A DNA stretch of 64,000 nucleotides from Azolla caroliniana (lineage: Eukaryota > Plantae > Polypodiophyta): contig JBHGNT010000008.1 in NCBI GenBank assembly GCA_043228905.1, positions 21,700,001 to 21,764,000 on the forward strand, written 5' to 3'. Positions 46,242 through 57,837 of this stretch are shown one piece after another; the first letter of the stretch is position 1, and each line of letters opens with the position of its first letter. Under the pieces are notes generated by a model, which saw nothing but the letters and a program-made list of their open reading frames with translations, was not told where the DNA came from and searched no databases. Position numbers and translations under genes: made by a program.

Positions 46242-46520
46242 GAGCTCATGTTCGCTAAATGGAGCCACATGTCTGCTTCATCTGATTCTAGGCTAAAGAA
46301 CAATTCCAGATATGGGCGTCTTTAGCCTTCGAAGGTGCAATAAGGCTTTCGCCCTCAATATTGATATATTGATACTGATACTGATACACATGGAGCTCAT
46401 GTTCGCTAAATGGAGCCACATGTCAGCTTCATCAGATTCTAGGCTAAAGAACAACTCCAGATATGGGCGTCTTCAGCCCTCGAAGGTGCAATAAGGCTTT
46501 CACATTCAATATTGATATAC
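46242..46520. repeat. ~127-bp direct repeat, two copies with a 151-bp period, followed by a hexamer microsatellite chain (to ~46612)
   Basis: GAGCTCATGTTCGCTAAATGGAGCCACATG... at 46242 and 46393. Confidence 0.9.
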
Positions 46521-47365
46521 TGATATTGATATTGATATTGATATTGATACGCATACGCATACGCATACACGTACACGTACACGTACACATACACATACAC
46601 ATACACATACACATGAAATGTTTACTACGAACGAGTTGACACGAAATAATGCATGTTGGGAAACCTCATCCAATCCAACCACTTTCAAACATAACATACT
46701 CCTGAGAATGTGATAAGATTCATGGGGTTATATATGTAAATAATTGGAATTTAGGGTTTAGTTTTCTATTTTGGGAAGCCTGCATCAGAGTGGGCTATTT
46801 ATGTAAATGAATTGAATTTAGGGTTTAGTTTTGTAAAGTGAGTATTTTTCATTTTTACCTCCACATGGATATGGCCCATGGGATAGCTCCCTTCTAACCT
46901 AATTCCTGCACCAAATCTCTAATGTCCTTTCCCAAACCCTAATCTCTGCAGTAACCCAAACCCTAATTTAGTTTATGGGGAAGCTCTATCCCTTCCTCTG
47001 AGTAGCAACCCCAAGCTCCCACTCATTCCTTCTACTCAATCCTGCTTGGAGAAACCCTAGTTTCTGATGCATACACAGCTTCAATTTGAAGAAAACCCTA
47101 AGTTTCGAGCCATTCTGATTTAGGTCAGGAAACCCTGATTTCTGAAAAACTCATACTATTCTTATTATTATTTCTCGAGAACTCTGGAAGAATTTCGTCT
47201 GGAACCTCTCATTTCTGAAAAATTCTGATAATGAAAGCCTACATTTCTGAGGAAACCCTAATTCATGTACAACCCTAGAGAAATCTATTTTCTTCAGGAT
47301 CCGAGACATCCAAACAACTGCAGAATCCAAGAACCCTAACTGCTGCGGGATCCAAGAAACCCTAG

Positions 47366-50029
47366 ATGGAGGTGGAGGCCCATCCTCCCATCAATAAGCC
47401 CAAGATCCCACCATTCTTTCCCTGCAACTTTTCTCTCATGGAGAAACGCCACATCCTCTTCTTCCCAGCAATGCTCGCCGGCTCTTTCGTCCTCTACATT
47501 GCTTTTTTCTCTCCATCTTGGCCCTCTTTCTCATCATCGCAATCTTCTTATTCAGAACTAACAGTGAAATCGAAACTTAACGAAGTTTTGATTGCAGAAC
47601 AGAGATCGCTCGCTCTCCTCGATCAACAAGCTCGAGAGCTTCTTCATATCTCTGATAGTCTTGCTAGCAATAGTAGTGGCACTGGCCATGGACAAGCATT
47701 TCTTAAATCTCAGATAAATTCTCAAATCAGACTTAACAGAGAAATCCAAGAGGTAAGAACTCTGTTTTTTCGTATCTCATTAACTTTCTGGCTTGATCCA
47801 GGAATGCGACATTTCCATTTTAGAAATTTGGGATTTCTGATGTTTTTCTTCATGATTAGGTTAAAAACAATTCACTGTAAATATCAGAAAAGAAGATTTA
47901 AAATAGATTTTGAAGATGGGAGCTGGAATTTGTGAATGCTTTTCTTCCTTTTCTTTATTTAGGTTTGGAAATAGTTTGATAAACAAATGAAAACTGAGAG
48001 AAACCGTAAATAGTAGAAACAGGCTGCAGTTCATTTCAACGTTTTCCTTCTTAGGTTAGGTTTCTTGATCGAATGAAAATCTCAGGGAAACTTGGGGAAT
48101 TAAAGAAAACCATGGGTATATCAGGATTTTTTTGTCTTACAGCTACAGAGAAACTCAGAGAATTGGCTGTAGAATGTCCAGATTTATTTGGGAGGGAAAT
48201 CAGAAAACACTAACCTATGCTAATCATTAGAAACTAAGGAAACCGAGCTTCAAATGGCAGGTCTTATTGTCACCATATCAGACGAATGGAACCATTGGAT
48301 CTTATGGTGAAGGTCTCTCTACTTGCCAGACTGTGGATAGCATCAAATATAAAGTTAAAGAAGGGCTCACATGGATCCCAAAACATGACAAATTTCTCTT
48401 TGCCATATGCACATCAGGTCAATTCTCAAACCATCTTATATGCATCGAAAAACATATGTTCATTGCTGCCCTTCTCGGTAGAGCTTTGATCCTTCCTAGC
48501 CCTGAATTTGACTACAATTATGATAGAGTGCTCAACATATCTCATATGCAGAATTGTCTCGGTGGGAAACAAGTGATTCAGTTTGATGAATATCTACACT
48601 CCCACCATAACAACCTACATGTGAACAAATTTTTGTGTTATATGCATGGATGCTATTTGGATGCTGACCATGAAGAGAAGTTAAAGAAGATTGGAGTAAC
48701 TTGGGACAAGAAAGAAGATGTTTGGCCAAAGGATCCTAAGTTTCCATCTCATCCTCATGCATCAGAAATAGTCAGTAAATTTAGTTGTGATGATGATGTG
48801 ATTGGTATCGGAGATGTATTCTATGCCGATGTTGAAGCTGAGTGGGTTGGCCAAGCTGGAGGTCCCCTTTCACATACGTGCAAAAGCCTTTTGCAACCTC
48901 ATAACTACATTGTTGCTACTGCTGAGAGGTTCATTCAAACATACCTTGGGAAAAATTTTGTAGCTCTTCATTTCAGACGTTATGGGTTTCTATCTTTCTG
49001 GTAAGCATTGACTATCCTTCCGATATTTTGGTTGTTACTGAGTAGAGATGTGTAGTATACACGTAACGAGCTTGATTCCTCTAGATTTTCTGTTTGTGTT
49101 TTCTTTCTATTTAGTTGGGAAGTTTTCTAAAGTTGATATATTCAAAGCCCTTGGATTTCTTTGGGTGGCTAATTTGAAATTGTTTGCATCGTAATTGCTG
49201 CATTTATCTTCATCATCTTTAACCAAGTTTTTACTAAAGCAGTGTACAAGACTAATTCAGGTTTCCTTCAAAGAGCTCACAAGTCAACATGAAAAATGTC
49301 ATTTGATGCTAGGTGTTTCTTATTACAACTGCGAATGCATTGGGATATTGACATAGACCATGTGTAAGGCTTATGTGTACTCCCTGATGTCTGGCGGCCA
49401 CAGTTTGGAGGAAATGATGTAAAACTTGCGTGTACTCCACAATGACTGGCGACTACAGTTTGCATGAAATTGTTTTTAGTATTGACTTGATCTGCATAGG
49501 GTTGTGAAGTTGGCTTCAGTTCATATTTTTTGTTTTTGTATGTCTTTTATAGTAATATGCATATTTACTTCAAAAGTAAAAACCGGAAGATAGGTAGATT
49601 TTATTATTGTCTTTGGAGTTCAAATATGAACTATGAGATCAAAATTTTAACATTTTCACATAATACATGTGAAAGTAAGTAATGACTCTCGATGTTAACT
49701 TTACTAATGAATGTTGCAATAGAGAGTGCGCATTGTGATTGTTCGAGAAATACGTGCTAGGATTGGGTTTGGTCGAAGATGTCTGGAAAGCAGTCATATG
49801 TGGTCAAAGGCAGAGCATTGTATCAATGAGTGATACGGAAAGTCCCGACCTTGTTTAAGGCAATGTGTGCATAGTCGACTACTCTCATAACGTGTGTTCC
49901 AATGCCCCATCTCACATCATATTGAGTGTGACCAAACTTGCATGGAAGCAATGATCTGACGGCAGACAACAGGATGGACTCTAACATGTATTAATGTGCG
50001 GTTCCCCAGTTCGATGGGGAATATGATTG

Positions 50030-50101
<72 letters not shown>

Positions 50102-50959
50102 GGTTGTCATTGCTGGACCAGTAACGAGAACAGCAAAAAAGGCTACAAATGCTTTTTCTACCCGATTCCTCAAGCAGCACAATGCATCCTGAGGACAGTC
50201 AGCTCGACGTCGGCACGAGTCATCTACCTCTCGACTGATGCTCAAGAAAGCGAAACTCGCCTCTTGCAAAGCTTGCTATACCAGAGTGGCATGAAGATCT
50301 CACTCGTCCAAAGGCCTGACCATGATAAGGGAGAAAAGTGGGACTCACCACTGCAAAGGCATGGCTTGCTAAATGATAAAGAGGTATATCCCTTTTCTTC
50401 CTTGATTTTGGTTCTCAGATCTTTATGTAGTTTTCATGCTTAAATCTTTCTCCGATTGAGCTTTACTTGCTATATGGATGAAATATCATGTGACATGATT
50501 GTAATATTTTCTGGGTCTCATTGGCCAATTTGTTTGGGCCTTGTAGAGATATTAATATCTTTCTTTCATGTTGGTAGAGGAAAGTTTCAGTATATAGTTG
50601 AATTCCTTGATGATGTTTTCTATGTAGAAATTTGTGCATGGTTTATTTTGTTGGTAATTTCTATGCTGGAGAAAATAATTTATTTTCCATGCAGAAACTT
50701 ACATGCTTTATTGTGTAGGTCATTTCTATGCTAGACAAGACCTTGTTTACATGCAGAAACTTACACATGCTTTATTGTGCAGGTAATTTCTATGCTAGAC
50801 AAGACTATTTGTGCCATGTCAAGCTCTTTTGTGGGTACACCAGGCTCTACCTTCTCAGTAGATATTATGCGGATGCGAAATGAATGGAGCACTTCTAGCA
50901 CATGTGATCAATATTTATGTGAGGGTGAGGAACCAGATTTTATAGCGAGTTCTGATTGA
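47366..50959 (+). CDS. O-fucosyltransferase family protein (PF10250 type, type II membrane); exons 47366-47752, 48261-49000, 50122-50383, 50783-50959
   Basis: N-terminal TM helix, then FLFAICTSGQFSNHLICIEKHMF, ALHFRR, FYPIPQAAQC, IYLSTDA and MLDKTICAMSS.F.G..GSTF. All introns are GT-AG and phase-consistent. Confidence 0.92.
50034..50097. repeat. (GA)32 microsatellite in intron 2 of the O-fucosyltransferase gene
   Basis: Seen directly. Confidence 0.97.
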
Positions 50960-51839
50960 TCTCTGTTATTATTTTGTTACACAAATATATGATAATTAAC
51001 ATGTGGGTTTTCTTGTACATAAACTTGCCTCTGAACATCAGTTGTCACAGTTTTCATGTTGTATTTTACAAAAATTAAACTAGTTAAGGTCAGTTGCCAG
51101 TCCTACACATTTCCTGGACAGTAAAATATACATATCTACAACGAGGATTCAAAAAATTGTACTGCATAGTTTGAGGGTCTTTCTCCAAGCATGAATCAAA
51201 TTTGAAATGGTCTTTAATTCTTAGTTACATATTTATAAATGCATTTAGTAAATCTAGGGGAAGTTATTCATATGAAGCATCTATTAACTGAAAATCTAGG
51301 GGAAGTTACGCATATGACAATAGAAACAATGATTGTTATAACTGAAAATATGTGGTATGAAAACAGAAAGATAGTTGGACTTTTTTTTGGAAAAGAAAGA
51401 TAGTTGGACTTGAGTTATTGGAACCAAGGATTTTAAATCAAAGTTAGGGTGGACTGCCTGTCTTTGAACCAAATTTAAAGATATATTTGTTTGTCTTGTA
51501 ATTATGGTAAGGATTTGGAGAAAACTATAGAATCAAAGCCTTCAATGAAATGATAGAACATGATATATCAATGCATTATATAGGCCAAAAGAAACCATTA
51601 CCTACAACCCAAAGAAATTATGCCCAAGGCATGATCTTGTACAACATCATCTGATATTTACAATTGTATATACAATCACAACAAAGTATGTACAAAGTAG
51701 TTTCAACATCAAATGCCTATCTTGTTCTTTATGATAATCCTATAGCTACTTGTGTTTTATTTTATTTAATGAAATGATACTTGTTTTTTATTAAACAAAT
51801 AAATGATATATTGGGGTGATTAATACAAATCAATACATA

Positions 51840-54800
51840 ATCAAACTTTGCTTTGAGTTGTAGCTGCTCCATTTAACTCGATATTAGCAGTACAGCTATC
51901 AGCTCCTTCTAGCTCTCTATTAGCAATACAGAAACAGAAAAGCTAATGTAAACATGCATTTTGCAACTCTCAAAGCTTATGAGGAGTGTGAGAAATGGTA
52001 TTAAGTTATATTGGTAGGGATATTTTAAGACACCAAAATACCAAGGTGGATTGCTGTGTTATAGAAAAGAATGTAAGCATGCAATAAAAATGGTTCCGAG
52101 TGATCCTGGTAGGTATCTTTTCAGATTGGGGAAAACACAAGAGTATCCATTTGCAGTATGAATTCACTGCTACAGAGGTTTTTTGTGGTAATTTTGAGAG
52201 CTTAGGGTTATCCTGATTGCACATTATAGAAGAGAACAAAGCTCCAGATGCATGAATCATAAATAAATGACAGATAAAAAAAGGATTGGGGAGCACTAGA
52301 TGCATGGAACCAAATCCCCAAACGTGATATGAATACACTACATTTCTGAGCTTTCTACTGATGCAAATTTGAACATCTTGAGATATTTCTAATGCTGATT
52401 AGTAGTTCTTATATGCAATGCAAAAATGAATTTTTTGGCTTCTAGTAGTTCTTATCCCCTGGTGATATTGCATAACGAATGCCATAATTGCATAAGGAAG
52501 TTACATGTAGAGTTACAGAGTTATGTCATAGGGAATAAATGTTTATGATTACCTCTGTAAATTGCAACTGCTGACGAAATATGGTGAGTTCAAGGTCCTC
52601 GCTACATTCACAATACAAACGAGGTGAGATGAAATGAAAGATTCATGGTCTATTCTACGCATACAATAAATATTGCTATAAATACCTGTCAGTTCAAGTT
52701 CCGTCTAGTTCAATTCTTAAAAGGAGAATTACACCCATTAAAGAAGATACGTGAAAAATTTCCATTCACAAGCATGAAGAATAATATAAAGCTGAACTAG
52801 ACCCCAAGTCACCCAAGCAGCAAGTGCAGGAAATAAAGGTTTCCAATTACCTCTGTAAACTCCAATCGCTGAAGATGTCTAGCAAGTTCTTGGTCACTGG
52901 TACATGCATAAAAAAATGCAGAGAGGTGTCATGAAAGCTTCATTGCTTTATATTGTACGCATACAATAAATGCTTAACACTGAGTCAAATGTTGCCCCTG
53001 CATACCTGGTGGTCGATGTCTCTACTTGCCTTGATATATCCATTAAATGAGAGGATTATCCATTAAATGAGATATATAGAAAAATGTTCTGTATTGAAGC
53101 ATTGAGAAGTAGTAAAAAGCTGCACTAAATTCCAAGTATCTCAAACTGCAAGTAAAGGTAGTAAAGGTTTCCAATTACCTCTGTAAAGATTGCATTTTGA
53201 TCATCCCCTTGTACAAATGTACCTATCACAGATGTTGTATGTGAATCAACCTACACCATGAGATTGCCAATTCAAACCCATCAAAGATATTCACGACAAT
53301 GTAATTGTGAAGGTCAGGTGACAACTTTTCTGATTTCTGTGAAAATGAACTTCATCTTTATCTTGTTTCTCAGAAAGAACCATGTTAAATGAGGGGAATA
53401 GATTTTCCTCAAATGAATACACAACAAAAAACTTGTTTCTTGTGCATTTCACAGTTTTAATCTTCCCTTTTGAAGCCTTAATGAGTAGAAAATAACTTTG
53501 ATGCCAACATGTAATTCTCAATTGATCTCATACCACAGTGAACTTCTCCCAAACAAGGCAAGATCTGTTCAAGCAGCGTTGATCTGTAACAAGTAAATAA
53601 AATTGTCCACCATACTGAAACAACAAAATGAACATGAGTAGCATGAACTTGGAGGCCCCATACAAGGAGTGAGAAAAGCTCTCACATACCCCCAATGTCA
53701 TGTTGAAGTGATTATTTCGGTAAGAAACACAAAGCCCTTCTTGGAGACACCTGGGAAGCATATCACTCCTTGTAAACATTATTGCTATTTCAACTTGGAG
53801 TTGTTCTTGTATATCCCCTATATGAACGTGTTGTTGCACAAGACGAATATCTAACAGATCACAGACTCTAGCAGATCAAAGACAATATATATACTGCATG
53901 AGTTAAAAAAAGTATCCTCTACACTATCCAAATTTGACAATCTTTAAGGGAATGACAAATAAATACTCACTTCTTCAAGCGAACATCGGCATTTAAACCA
54001 GCTGCTAAACAAGGAAGCAATTCAATTGCTTCTGATATGTTTTGTTGTAGGCCTTCGACCTGTTTTGTGTATATAAATCAGTTCAGTTAAAAATTCATTC
54101 TCGAACAAATAAGGTGTACATTTGATCACCAGAACACATGCCAAACAGAAATATCATAATGATGTGTTTGACTCATTTACGACAGTTTCGCTATCCTTAG
54201 AAAAATCACACAAACAATGTGAAAGGGCAAGATAATAAACAAATTGAGGATGTAACATATGTAGAGCAAGTTGGGGAAAATGGGCCCAAAAAAAGTCTAC
54301 CATGAGGGGATAGCATAATAGAATTCTGAGCCTAGTTAAAACATCTTATAGAAGTATGAGTTATCTGGTGTCTCACCATCATTAGTATCTGCATCAAAAC
54401 TACAACTACAGTTTATTTTAAACCTCAGTTTTGATTCATGTTCACTCACATTTGCCAATCTATGTGTGCATCATCTGAAGTGGATTGTAATGATTTTGAG
54501 TATGAACTTTTAGTCCCATAGTCTTTCAAGGCATACCTTGGATGTAGTAGATGGGATCTCCTTTTTCCATCTTATTTTGCAGTTTTGTATTTTAGCTCAC
54601 TGAGTTTGGATTAGATTTCATGTGATATATTAAAATTTTATATGATGTTTTGTTTTTTCTTTCTTATACTTTGAAAAAGAGCAAAGGTTTACGTCTATGT
54701 TCTTTTTGGTTTTATAAATCAATTCTTCCACCAGATGAATGAGAATAGCCGAGGCTATTTCAGTAGTGCCAGGACGAAGTTTTAATTTATTCTGCAGCAG

Positions 54801-55330
54801 CAAAACATTGCCTGCAAGGGAACCACATAATTCATAAGCTTTCAAATGAAGCATTCATCTTAGACCACAAAAGCATGAAGGTCGTCGACTATGCTTACAT
54901 GACATTAGCTACCAAGAGTAGGAGAATGGAAAAACTTACCCAAAATAAAAGAGCAAATGCATGAATACATGTGTGCAAGAAAACAGCAGAAATCCGATGA
55001 CTTGTATATCCTACATAGCTAGTAGCTACTATTGCTATTGATGAAGGGCTTAGAAATGCGGATGATCGATTTCTCCTATATAGAACCATGCAATGTAAAA
55101 CCCTAAACCCTAAACCTTAAACCATTCCGAATGAAATGTTTCGCTTATTAAATGACACCGATGACGAGCTTACAAATTGCTAGAAGAGCACATGGACCGG
55201 CATAATTTTGTAAGATGAATAGAACATCTCGGCCGAGAAACTTCGCATGTTTCGTCTTGTAAATAACATTGGTCACCTGACTAGAGCTACCTTCTTTTGG
55301 ATTCATCAGCATGCACCACCTGGTTGCCAT
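51840..55330 (-). CDS. Divergent MINDY-1/2 (FAM63)-type deubiquitinase; exons 55330-55174, 54811-54693, 54059-53971, 53867-53690, 53614-53534, 53250-53179; 3' exons unresolved
   Basis: QNYAGPCALLAIC|NVLLL (catalytic Cys box), QQNISEAIELLPCLAAGL, CVSYRNNHF (catalytic His box), FYLLVTDQ..LVWEK. MIU-like DQELARHLQRLE downstream. It may be a pseudogene. Confidence 0.7.
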
Positions 55331-55501
55331 GTAAAGAAGATTTTAAGATCATTGTGAAGAGGACGATGTAATGTAATAACCCGATGTTACCCATATTTGT
55401 TAAGTATGATTTGTATCATAAGCCGAAGCTTCGGTCTATGTGCTTTTTGTTTCTTTTGTATGGATGACATATTTCATGACATGACATGAGGATTGTAATT
55501 T

Positions 55502-55565
55502 TAGTTTACAAGGATATGTGGTAACCTATTGGTCTATCAATACAAGGTCATGGGTTCAAATCCTT
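55502..55565 (+). other. tRNA/SINE-like Pol III remnant
   Basis: AAGGTCATGGGTTCAAATCC, a B-box with an AGGTC variable-loop context. The A-box is weak. Confidence 0.4.
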
Positions 55566-56984
55566 AAAAAGACACCATATATATATTGCTTCTCCTAATT
55601 GGCATGTCAAATTAACGACCTCATGATCTCCAAACAGTTTAGTTTACACAGAAATTTACAATTCTGTATATGTGTGTGCGGATAACTTCCTTTCTCAATT
55701 AGAGAGACGATCAGGGGCCACAAGAAGAAGAGCATACCTGAGACAATGAGCTTGATGGGAATCGCCTGTTATTATTTGGGTCGGATTTGACAGATGGGCA
55801 AAAAGAAATGGGCAATTTGTACAGAAGAAGAAGAAGAAGAAGAAGAAGGATTGTACAGAAGCAGAGATGGGGGTTTTTCTTTTTATACAGTGAGGAAGCA
55901 GGAAGAAGGTAGTAGTGAGAGCTCCATCCATGGTGGAATATTCCTTCCATCTTGACCAAAATATAGCCACAAAAGGTCAAGATGAAGACCAAAATATACC
56001 CACAAAAAGTCAATAAATCATATGTTATGTGGAAAAACTTGACTTTCATGTACATATCTATGTGTCTTAGATGTAATACTTGTTTATTATTATTATTAAT
56101 AAGAATTCCTCTTTATTTATTCATTTTCCTTAAATATTTCTTTAACACGCTAATTAATTTGTCAAACCTTTATTTCATTAAGATTCTAATCTTTTGAGTA
56201 CATCTTTTTTTTTTCCAGATCGTCTTGTTCTTCTGAACAATTAACATCTTTCTTTCTAATTATCGTCTTGTCTCTAATCTTTTGACCGCTATATCAGGAG
56301 ATGGGCATCAATTAACATATTCTGAACGACAAGTCCTTGGACTTGGCTCAAATTTTCTTATCTCTTCTAAGTTTTTTTCTCTTTGGGTTTCTTTCACGTT
56401 AATTAAGATTCTAACATGGGGGGGGGGTCTCTAGGTGAAAGCAAACGTTTGTTGCTTTTAGGGGTTTGATTCTCCTAAGGCTTATTCTTGCTTTTAATAA
56501 CTAGATCTATAAAGTAATTTGCAAATGATTGACGAACCACAAGTTAATTAATTTGGAGATTCACTATAGATTGTACATTACATGATCTTGCTTATGCCGC
56601 AAGAGAAGCAATATATCTCTTTCAAGCTAGTCTTTATTTCAATTTCAATTGCTAAATAATTTTAAAATTAATCTAGTTATTAATATTATAATTTCTAATT
56701 TTGGATTTATTTTATTTTCCTATTTGTGATTATGTTATCTAATTTGTATTTGATTTATTTTCTTAATAATAATATTATTGTCTTAATATTGTTAAGTTTA
56801 CTTTATATTTATTAATTTATTACTTTACTAATATTCTTATTTTATTTTTAATTATTATTGTAAATAAATATTTATTTTATTTCCTTTTTTAATGATATTT
56901 AGTATACTAATATTATTATCTATAAAATTTTAATTATAATGATTTAGTTGTTCAATGGTGACAACAGAAGATGGCTGGCAATGT

Positions 56985-57837
56985 TGTCGTGTCAAATCAC
57001 GTCGCGTATAAGAGCTTGGCGTGTCCGGGCGGAACCGCTGGAGTTCTGAACCAGGAGAGTGGAAATAAGAAGATGAAATAGAAGAGTGGGAAGTTGAGCC
57101 GGAAATATCTCAATAGTCACGAGTGGTTTGCAGCCCTACCCGTGAAGACAAAAAACCTTATATCGTTCCACCTACGTAACCAAATTCAGACTGTGTACAA
57201 ACACAGATTGGAAAGCCCTCTGGAAGAGCTTTCCAAAGAGCTATAGAACGTCAAAAACAGACGTAAGAATTGAGAGTTATGAAGAAAATACCGTACAACG
57301 CTACTCCTCAAACGCAGACGAAGAAGAAATGCCAAAATAGGAAAAATCACTATTTCTTCGAGAGAAAAACCCTTTACAAAATAGGACTCTCTGATTGTTG
57401 GCCCCCCCCCCCCCCCCCAATCCATGACAATAATCCTCCCCTCTTATACTAAATCGACGTCATTACATGTAGGCCATGTGGCACACACCTAGAGAAGCTT
57501 GTGCATGTGCACGATATAAAGCATGTGGGCCATGTGGCACACATGTAGAGAAACTTTGCATGTGCGTTATATGGTGCACATGAAATACATTGCATGGTTT
57601 TGACTACACAACATTTTTTCCAAAATAATGCAAATAAATCCCTAAGAACAATAATACTAAAGAACTTTGAGTCTAGAATGTAAATCAACTCCAATGAGTT
57701 GAATTAGGTGGATCTCCAAGGAGTGATGGGTCACTGAACCAAGTCGAGATGCGTGGTTGTAGTTGCGGCAAGTGTGGAATCGTGGTGGCACCAATCGGCC
57801 GTATCCCTTTATGACACGGTCGTATCCCTTTATGACA
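56985..57837 (-). repeat. 3' LTR of the tRNA-Trp gypsy
   Basis: Direct repeat of 63532-64000. Plus-strand termini TGTCGTG..TATGACA. Confidence 0.9.

Noticed and set aside
46740-47360. Interstitial telomere (AAACCCTA/TAGGGTTT copies)
   Set aside because: The copies are dispersed rather than tandem, consistent with ordinary telo-box motifs near a gene start.
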